Positions 52,801 through 64,000 of a DNA stretch of 64,000 bases are shown here, piece after piece. How positions within the stretch are numbered: position 1 is the stretch's first letter; each line of letters starts with the position of its first letter. Made by a program: the position numbers and the translations under genes. Source of the DNA: Vicugna vicugna (lineage: Eukaryota); contig MU058206.1 of the NCBI GenBank assembly GCA_013265495.1, forward strand, positions 62,001 through 126,000. The letters are read 5' to 3'. The notes beneath the pieces are model-generated. The model was not told the DNA's origin. It did not search any database and was given only the letters and a program-made list of their open reading frames with translations.

Positions 52801-55800
52801 AACTGTTGTGTAAATACCCAACAGACCATCATCACACAGCACTAAAATTCAGTGAACTATAGTTACATCCATAATATAAATTTTAGAAACATAAGGTGAA
52901 AACAGCATGTCCTGGATGACTACATTCATTTTCACACCATTTTCATAAAGCTCAAAAACAAGCAAACCTAAACAATATACTTGTTCAGTCATACAGATAA
53001 TAAATAAGGGAATGATAACAAACAATTCAAAAAAGCTATTTATTATCATCCTCTGAGTAAGGAGACATTAGATCTAAGGGATAGGGGACAAGCATATACA
53101 GGTCAGTTCAAAGTTACTGGTGATGCTGGGCTAGGTGGTAGGTTTACTACATTATCATGTTTTATAACCTATAATGATGTTACATATTAAATCACCCTTT
53201 CTGTAGGTCAGGAACAATCAAACATTAGCATTTTCATACAGTGCAACTAAGATATCCAAATAATCCATTAATAAAGTGATAAAAAACTAACAGACACACA
53301 TATTTAAAATTTGGCAAAAATACATATATTCCCAGGCTATGAAGGGATATTCCATGTTTGATAAGGAAAGAGATGTTTTAAGAGTTAACTAGTGTCTAGG
53401 TAGTTCATATTTGGTATTTCATATTTGAACTTTAAGGGCAACATTACAAAGAGGCACTGGAATCTACTAACTGTCAGAGGCATATGCGTTGAAGGTGAAA
53501 TGCACACATCTTCACTGCTAACTGCTACTTGTTTTCAATATAAATAAACGGAGAGAAGATCAATAGAAGCTGAAACATTTCAAGCAGATTTTCTGTCGTC
53601 CAAATTATTAAAGAGAACATGAGAAGTATAAAGCTTTCATGAGTCTCTGTTTCATTACCAAAGTAAATTCTCTGTTAAGAAAACTTGGTAGAGCCCATGC
53701 TTCCTTGGGTGAATGGCATTCAGCTCCACTCATGGTAGCACAGCAGACTAGAGATGGAAAACGGAGAGCTGACATGGCCCTGACACTAATCTGCTGCACA
53801 ATGCTAGGGAAAATTACCCGACCTCTCTAGGCACTGCTTCTCTCCCCGGTAATGTGAAATCAAGAGAAGAGAACCAACCTAGCTCAAAGGATTGTGATAA
53901 GAGACAATTCAGGGAATGCTTTGAAAGTGCCTCCAAATATGTTAACTAAGGAATATCAACCTGGAGGACTCGCCACATTTCCTAGCAGACAAAAAGATCA
54001 CTGAGAATTGAAAATGGCGTATTAACAAGACCACCCATTTGGCATTTGTCAGAGTTTGTGATCTAAACATTACCACTTAAATAAAGCCCTAACACACAAA
54101 TGTGTAAGTCTCAATTCTTTACCTTAGGATTCCCTCTTGTGGCCTCTGGGAACAGCAAAAAACAAAAACACCCCAAACCTACAAAACAACTGTACTTATT
54201 ACATCAGGACAGGACAGAAGTGCCCAAGCCGAAGGCTGAGTAAGGAATAGAACAGTGGAGTACTCATAACCTAAACCTGTATGTGGATATCAACTTCATA
54301 AAAGCCTCTAAATTATAAGAAAATGCTAACTAAACCAGTAATGAATCAAATACAAATATAAACAAAATAAACTTGTTTATAAATAGCCCGCCAGATAGAA
54401 GGGATCAAAGGTCAAAGGGATAGAATTTGCACTAAAGAATGCTCTAGTTTTGAAAAGTGCTAAGAACTTAGAAGAGCTGCAGACATTTTAAAAACCCACA
54501 TATCCAACACATTCCCCCCCCACCACGCAACTGTCTTGCGATGCTGAATGCTACTAAGTCCACAGAGAGTCTTGGAACAGAAACGAGTCTCACTAGGCAC
54601 AAGCCCAAGAATGAGAAGCAACACTCAGCACCTGTGGCCAACAGAGAAGTGTGAGAGGAACAGATGGCACACCTGGTCCGATGGTAAGAAACCGATGGCA
54701 TCAGCAGAACCCAGCAGACGTTTCCCTGTTCAACATCTCCTCATTTCCAAAGTGTCATCTCACTTCCCTTCTAAGTCACTAAGGCATTTCTAAACTTAAC
54801 CACAGGATTTCTCCTAAGAGAATTTCATATGGGGAAGCGAAGGGAGACAGTGCCTCGGACTTAACCACAGGATAAGAGGTTGCCAAGTGAGGGCAGGCCA
54901 ATTGGTTTCCAAATCAAGAATGTCAACACAAGGGTTGGGGCAGATGGAATGGATTTGGGGGTGGGGGGAAGCATATAAGAAAAGTCGACCCAGTGCAGAC
55001 CTGAAAATGCTGCAAAAAGTCTACGGTATTGCCTAAACCACCAAATGCATTATTTAGAGGTGATTTCTCCTCCTTTAGAGAATAGTTCAAAGACTGGCTT
55101 TCGTTTCCAACAGAAACTAGAATTCTATTTAAAAATTTTTTCTGAAATATAGGATCTCTAAGAAGGGTGAATATTAAACTGATGGCTTGTTTATATAACA
55201 TGTAACCTCACACAAAACCACCTGTTTTCACTTCTTCACTTGAGCAACTGAGTGTGATCTGTATCTACTTGGATTTATGTAGAATTCAAATTCCAAGTCC
55301 ATTAGATAAAAAAAACAACTGCAACCTTTTATGTATTTTATAGACATTATCACCCTAGTATTTCCTTCTTTTACTTAGCAATTAAAAAAGAGAGAAGGTA
55401 GCTATTATGCAAACTATATGTTATGTATTCAGTGTGATATTTTAATAAAACTAGACCTCCCAAGTTTCCGAAGCACCAGCAACTATCCTGTGGAAATGTT
55501 CAACGAGCTGTGACTTGGAAAAGAAGCCAGCTACTGCTTGCCAGGCCTCTTCCACGAAAGGGCAAGATTCCTAAGGGGCAGCTTCCCTGCTGTCTAGATG
55601 GTGACATGCCTTTGGAACTGTTATTGAGTTAACTTGTTAACTCACGATGCACCCCTATTATTTGACAGAGCACACCGGCAGTTGGGGAACTTGCCTGCAC
55701 CCTCCCATGAAAGCACAGCAGTCATTCTCATCAAGTCATGCTGCTCAGGAAGTGGCTCCTTGACCATGTAATGTATAGGAACACCAACATCCTGGCTGAC

Positions 55801-56472
55801 TGGAGGTTTTACTCATTTCTTACAATGTGAGCTTATGAGTAGTTATAAATGTATTGATAACAGCATGAAATGACTAATTAGTATATACTTACTAAAGAAA
55901 CTACTTTCTAACTCACTCTCAGTTTAGGAATTTTACTACAAGGTTTCTCCTATAAACCTGAAAAAGGCTCTTTAGGGACCCTCTCACTAGGGAGAGAAGG
56001 ACTCTCCTGACAGATAACTCTCTTAGCTAACAATGAATTAGAGAGCTTTACATAACCTTTGGTCTAGAAAAAATGTTTCTCACCCTCCTATTTCACAATT
56101 ACTCCAGCAAGACAAACTGGAGACACTCAACTCCTGGTAACAGTCATCCAGTTCAAAGAGCAGAAAAGGAAAGTGATCTATCAAACACACGTGGACTTCA
56201 AACTCAAGGAGGAGCCAGAAAGCTTAAGGAACAAAAATACATATCTAGCTGCTGACCAGGCTCCTCAGCTTAAAGTAATAGTCCTTCTAAATGCTTTCTG
56301 AAAAGATTTCTGCAATGAAAAAGCCAGAAGCCTGATCAAAACAACTAAAACATCACACATAACCAGGACAATGCACAATCTTTGCTTTTTAGAGCAACAA
56401 GTGGAAAGCTGAGATGTCCAACAACCCTGAAATCATGAGACAGTTTTCAATCAGGCACATAAATAACATTCA

Positions 56473-56775
<303 letters not shown>

Positions 56776-56778
56776 TTA

Positions 56779-57069
<291 letters not shown>

Positions 57070-58089
57070 TCAGAATCGAGAGAGGGAGATGTTTACAAAA
57101 AACAAAAACCCAGGCCCCATACCAGGAGATTCTGATTCAGTAAATGACTACTCTGGAAATCACAGTTCTAGAGCAAACTGAGGCACCTTTTAAAGAGTAA
57201 ACAACAAAAAGGGTTATCCTAGAATCTGACAACACATCCCTTGTATCTCTGCCTCTTTCCTCATAATCTCCCAAATCACTCTTTTTCTCCCTAAAATACT
57301 TTACCATTCAGCCTAGACTTAGTCTACTCTAATCCTCAGTCTCAGGAAAGGCAGCCCCTTATTTTGCTAGGACTGTAGCAGAAGAAAAAAAAAGTCGATG
57401 AGCCTTTCAATACCACTTTGGGAGATAAAAAGAGTTCTAGAGAAATATGTGAACAGTAAATAATCTTTTATAGATATGTTATCAATCTGGCAATAATATT
57501 CTAAGATTAAAATAAAGGAGGCAGTATGGAGGAAGCAGAGACAAAAGTAAACCCCCATTACACAGGGTAGCGTTCCAAGCTAGACTTCTCAATAGAGGCA
57601 GAGATGCCAATCTGTTACCAATGGATCAAAACAAAATTCAGACGGAATAGGTTCAACTGAGTTAAGTTGTAAATGTCATTAGCTGAACTGCATGTGGTTC
57701 AGACACTGCTTCTACCACGTGTAATACATAGGCCGTATGTATCCTTAGGCCTTGCCAGTGTTACGGCACCTCTCTCAAACAGGTGGCCCAATTCAGTGCT
57801 TCTTTAGGAAGTGCATATGCCACATACCTCGCTGTACGTTGTGCTGAAGATATGGATTTAAAAACAATGCCTAAGAATAAGCCTCCTCTCAGAACCTAGT
57901 GGTACACTGCTTAATGTACGTGGCCAAGAAATACTAAATGACTGGAGAATTGCTAAACTCTTCAGTGGGTCATCAGAGGTCAAAAACAGTGGTTCACAGA
58001 CACGCATTCTGGTCTTTGCAGTGAGCACATGGTTGTATTCTTCACTGCCTTCTCTCCTCAGGAGATCACATGGTTTGGATGGGGTTGAC

Positions 58090-58470
58090 ACCTACTACCA
58101 GATCCTATTGCCCTTGCCACAGGGATCAACTGAGGGAACCTATACCTAAACCAATCAGGGCATGTATGACATACTCTTGGCCACACAATTAGTTCAAAGA
58201 AAGTTCAAACACTTTTGTTGGATGGTAGTGGGTTATGCCCATTGCTATTGACAGTCATTCTTCAATCACAAGAGAAGCTAGACTTGAGATGTTAAACAGT
58301 GTGGAGAGCTGGGCAGAGCATAGACAGATGGGGTCCTCAATCTAACCACTGGCCTACTGGATCAAATTCTCTCCAAACCCAGCCACACCCTGGGCACTCC
58401 AGTTACATAAGTAAATAAATCTCCTTCATTGTTTAAAAACAGATAACCTAAAAGTCAAGAGATTCTTACA
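58090..58470 (+). mobile_element. MLT1-like MaLR LTR remnant
   Basis: CCAATCAG...CTCTTGGCCACA; CTGGATCAA...CCAGTTACATAAGTAAATAAATCTCCTT. Confidence 0.55.
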
Positions 58471-58897
58471 TTAAAATCTAGATTTCTTGCTTTTCTTGAA
58501 AAGTGAGAAAATCTGGCAATGGTTAGCATTTATTTACACATAGCTAAAGTCAGCTGGAGGTGAGCAGACACCACATCTTTTAGAAGGACGCTCACTAGTC
58601 CCAGTTTGCCAAGTGGTCAACACTCACACCAGGTGTGGGTATTATTTACAACACTGGCCCTCTTCACTTGTTTACATTACCCTACAGCCATTTGAGTTTG
58701 CTGATCCCTGATATACTCATCAAATTCAACAAATATGCAGTAAGTTTATCTATTACGTATCAGACACTGAGGAGTACATTAAGAACAAAACAAAGTCCCT
58801 GCCATCAATGAGCTTACATTCTAGTCAGTCTCCTGGGAAACCAAGAACAACAGGCAACTTGCAGAAAAATGTTTAGAGCTAGATGTTTTCTTCCTCA

Positions 58898-59131
<234 letters not shown>

Positions 59132-59611
59132 CTACTTGGCCAGCATGTAGGCCCAGCCTTTTCTGTCCCTCATCCACATTTTAAGAAATCTCACAGTGAC
59201 CAACTGATTTTATAACTTTTCTCAACTTCTGAGAAACACTGGGTGAAAAGTGAGAAAACATGGACAAGGCTGGCAAAGCAGATGACTAAGCCATACCTAA
59301 AATGAACCTCTGTTCAGAGTAATGTTTGATGATTTAGATGTTGATGCCACAGCCTAGGGTTGGAAATCTCAGACTTGGTTTCCCCTGGAGTTTCCCAGCA
59401 GAGGAACACACTTCCAACAAGGGGGATGTAGGTGGATCTAGTTTCAAAGACTCCCCCCTTTCAACCTCTAGTGAAAAACAGCAGCCGAGGGCACTCAGAT
59501 TCTTTGTGGATACCCAAGGATTGGAAAGCTGACTAGTACTTTATCTCTTTGTCAAGCATATCCCAGAGAAAGAAGGAAACCCAGTGTAGAAAAGAAATCT
59601 GATTCCTTTCA

Positions 59612-59752
<141 letters not shown>

Positions 59753-61070
59753 TCAGGGGACAAAGACTTCTGTTCTCTCTTCACCCTGGTTGACCCAAGA
59801 AGCAAGAGGATTTTATTAGATTAATGGTATACTATCCTACTACTTCCAGGTGACCTTCCAGAGACTGGAAACTTTGTCTCCAGCGTGGAATGCTCTACTC
59901 TTATGATTCAAATGGCTCCTCAGTATTCAATGTTCACCTCAGAGTGGATAACCTAACCTAAAGCTGTCTCCTCCTCACAATATCACCCTATTTTAATCTA
60001 CATAATACTAGTTAATATTATCTTACCAAGTGAATTTACTCAAAGGGTACTTAAAGTAAATCCATGAAAAGGCTTCCTAAAGAGGAGACCATGGTGAATA
60101 TCGCATACGACTTCACCACTGGCTTCTTCCCTAGGGGTACAAACACTTCACTCCGAAAGGAAAATGACCTTGTTACCTTTTCAACTACTGTCTCATCTTC
60201 TCCTACACTTCAGTGCAAACTTATTATTAAGAGTAGTCTTCTATTCCTCAACCCACTGGTAGCTGCTCTCTGGAAGGGCAACACTTACCCCTTTCTTAGA
60301 CGTAGCATTAAAGATCTCTCCCCATTTACACTTCGTCAATATCTGATTTTCCAGATTCTTTGCCTTGCTTTCTCTGTTTTCTGATCATTCCTCAACCTCT
60401 TTTACTGGATTCTCTTCTTTCATTGTTGTTCCCATGGTTTAATCTTCAATCATTTTCTTAATCTACATTCTCTTTTGCAGTAATTTTATCCACAATAGCA
60501 TCAAATTTCTGCCGCTATACACGTTCCCCAAATCTCTAACTTTGACTTCTCTCATAAGCCTCAGACCATTTTCAAATAACTGCTATACATCTCAACAGGG
60601 TGTCCCGGTAGCAAATCAAATCCAACTCAAAATTCTCCCCTCCAAGGCCTTTCTAAACATAAAAGCCATTCAAAATATTGGTGAATTTGGTTACAACTTT
60701 TAAGTACCATGAACAAAGTAAGAAACAAACTGAAAAAAAAAAGCATGCAATGTATGGCAGAGATAATTTTATTAATATATGAATTGACATATAAATTGTA
60801 TCTATAAAATAAATAAGAAGGTGAACTACCCTATAAAAATATCAGTCATAAATAAGGAAATAAAATAGCTCTAAAACATTTTACACCTGCGAGACGAGCA
60901 AGAAAAAAAATCAACCATACCATTATGTGGATGTAGGAACTCCATATACTGCTGGTAAGACTGTAAGTTAGTAAGTATATTTTGGATAGGAGTTTGCCAC
61001 ATCTAATAAAGTTGAACATATGTACACGCAAGACTCAGTAATCCTACTTGTAACTATACATGCACTAGAA

Positions 61071-61234
61071 CAGTGGTCCTCAAACTTCAGGTGCAGCAGG
61101 ATCACCTGTTAAACAGATTGCTGGGGCCCCAGAGTTTTTGATTCAGAGGTTTGGAATGGGCCCCCAAATTTGCATTTCTAACAAGTTCCCAGGTGACTCT
61201 GATGTGCTGGTTCTGGAACATTTTGAAACCATTG
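61071..61234. mobile_element. MER5A-like hAT DNA transposon inside an old L1 fragment (~60650-61720)
   Basis: CAGTGGTCCTCAAACTT...ATTTGCATTTCTAACAAGTTCCCAGGTGA...TTTGAAACCATTG terminal inverted repeats. Confidence 0.85.
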
Positions 61235-64000
61235 CCCTAGAAAAACTACATGGGCACAAGCAGACACAGGCAAGGTCGTTCAATGTGGCATTGTTACAAA
61301 CAAAAAATCCCATTAGGAGGGAAATAGATAACTAAATTGGGTTATTTCCATATAATGAAAAACATTTCAGGATTTAAAATTAATGAACTAGATCTACAGC
61401 ACCAAAGAGATGAGATCAAACACAATGCTAATGAAAAAAAAGTTTTGGAATGTCATGTGCAGTACATCATTTACGTAAATTTATGGTTTATATATTATTT
61501 ACAGATATATGCATAGAGTACTAAGTGAAAAAAATCACTGACAAGCTATGTATCAGATTCATGACTGGAGAGCAAGAAAGAATAAAGCTGGGAAAAGAAC
61601 ATGAGACATTTCAAGTTGACCTCATGTTTGTTTTAAAATTAGGATGACCTGAAGCCAGTATGACAATACAAATGTCTATTAGTTTGAAATGACAACTACG
61701 TTAGTGTATACTATTCTTTGTACTGTTCTACTTTATTTTTAAAATATATTTTACTAATTGTAGGAAAAGTGTAAGGATGTACTTATTCCATTCTATCACA
61801 CATTGTCTGGTTTATAGTATACAAGGGAGAAATTCTTTCCTGAACACCTGGTTTGCTTTCAGCTATGGACAGACAATATGAATCTTGTAATTGATCATGT
61901 TGCCCTCTCCGCTTGGCTACTTGGAGGCAAATCTGTGACCCAACTCTTGAAACTATAGGCTCATATACTCATTCTATATGCGAATATTCTACACAGACTC
62001 ATATGATCATTCTATTATGGTTTTATTATTTTCTTAACATTGTTATTCACTGTTTTAATTCCCTCAATTGTTTATTTTACTTTTTGATATGTTAAGCATT
62101 TCTGGAAAGTGCCTCAAATCCTTTGTAGAAAGAGGCAAAAATAAATAAAAACAACAACAAAAATCACTCAACTCACACATTCACTGGCCACGTAAGTCAT
62201 AAGCATGGAGGAAGATTAAGGATATAGTTGCACCCTCACAGAGTAATACCATGGGTATTACCAGAGCCCCCATTGGTTTTAAACATTACCCTACATGCAT
62301 TTATAATTAAAGCATCCCATGCAATCACAGACGAAGTTAACAATCTTATAAATATGATGTGCTATTTCACTTAAGCTAGCAAACTAAGCACTGTAACAGC
62401 ATTTAGGCTTCCCTGGTTTGTGCAATTCAGGATTCCACGATAATATCAAGAAAAGAGCCCTGTGACTGACGTGGGCTTACATTTGATGGAAAACACATTC
62501 TCACAGAACTGTTTATTTGTCTAGTAGTGAGTAAATGTAGCTTAGGCAGTTTTACAAATCCCAGTTACCATTACTGCCAGGAGGGGCCAGAATGAAATTT
62601 CAAAATTCCTAATGAAAACTTCCTTTTGGGCAGGTTGGCAATGAAGATGTAAATTTTGCATGTTAGTTAGGAGCATAAAACTTGACTCTGCAGGTATGAG
62701 GTGCAGGCTCAGCTCTACACTGATCAATCTTAAAATACTAATTTGAGTTTATTTTGAAGTTTAAAAAAATACTTCAAATTTACCCCACAATTAACAATTT
62801 AAGAATTCTCTAGGCCTAAGATATAACTTTGGTCTTAGTCATTCTCCCCTATCTTTTTTGCTTCTTACTTATTTTGTAGCCAAGTCTTTTTTTTTTTTTT
62901 AATAATATCACCCATCTTTCAATTTTTAAAAAATGTCCAACCCAGCATCCAGTAGAACTGGAGAATCAGCTTTAGACTCTGAGGAGCTCTAATCACACAA
63001 CCTGCTGAGAGGGAAATTGAGTAGAATAGCACAAGCCTAATTAATTTCACTCATAGCAGGCACCATGGGCAAAGTGTTCATCAGCAAGGTAGCCTGGTGT
63101 TACATGAACTCTCCAGCACTTCATGCCAAATGCCGCAGATGCCCAGTAGAAAAACAATTTCAGAAAAGAAGAGGTCTATTTGAGGGTCATGACTTGAGAA
63201 CTTTGTAGGAGACAAGTAGCACCGAAATATACTGTTCCTGGCTTCAAACAAGATCATCCAAATTCTCTAATGAGAAATTTATTTTCCAAAGCTTAGCAAA
63301 CTTCCCAGTCTGCTGACAACTCTGAGGCTGAACATATCTGTTACATACCACCATTTATTTCCCTAGTCACTCTATTAAATCCTGACTGTGAGGCTATACC
63401 TCTTCTGAGTCACACCAAGAAATATACTTCAAAGTATATGTCAACTGTAATACTGCTCAATTTCCAGCAAAGGTAGTAGTATCAGTTATCAACTAATAGT
63501 AATCTCTAACAGAAAGCTTCACAGTAGATATTATGGGACCATGAAGCTGTTAATCATTTTTGACAAGAGATTCAAGTCCATCAATATGATTTCTAAGTAG
63601 AATATTAAACTTTGGAAAGTAGACAGAAGGAAGAAAGAGAATGTACTAATACTGCCATGATGCAAAGATAATGCTTCCAATTGAAGCTACAGAATGTATT
63701 TCTTTTCTACCTTATTTTACACTTAGGAACACTTCCATTGACTCCAGTAGACTTTAAGGAGCTTCAACTATTCTTTCTTGTACTCCCTTACCACCTAGCA
63801 CAGGCTGCCTAGAACAGGGCATTCAGCAAAAATACTTTGATGACTGAAACATTTACTCAGTTGCATTCAAGTTCATTAACTTTTCTGCTTGTTTCTTTCA
63901 CATATCTCTAAAAGAGCCCTTTGAACAGTGCTAAATGCATTAGATTTGCAAATGTAATGAAAATCATTCATTTGTTCTTTTGGATGGGTTACACACAAAG

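Overview
Mammalian genomic DNA, most likely camelid, inferred from five copies of a tRNA-derived SINE matching the Vic-1 pattern. It holds two convergent protein-coding genes. NXPH3 (neurexophilin-3, + strand) has 2 coding exons (20126-20179, 22579-23283), 252 aa and a CpG-island promoter. SPOP (MATH-BTB CUL3 adaptor, - strand) has 9 coding exons between 59719 and 41293, 374 aa and canonical GT-AG junctions throughout; its promoter and upstream non-coding exons were not found and probably lie beyond the right edge. The rest is intergenic or intronic DNA with SINE, MIR, L1, L2, LTR and hAT fossils. No prokaryotic-type or wholly new gene system is supported, and nearly all listed ORFs are GC-rich noise. 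The most notable oddities are: a 59/59-identical inverted insertion inside a SINE, copied from 1.9 kb away; a SPOP exon junction that regenerates its own 5' splice site (recursive-splicing signature); a roughly 32-35-bp periodic E-box array and a strong-Kozak uORF ahead of NXPH3; and an orphan CpG island with splice donors. Repeat family names and human comparisons are from memory, not database searches, and old-repeat boundaries are approximate.
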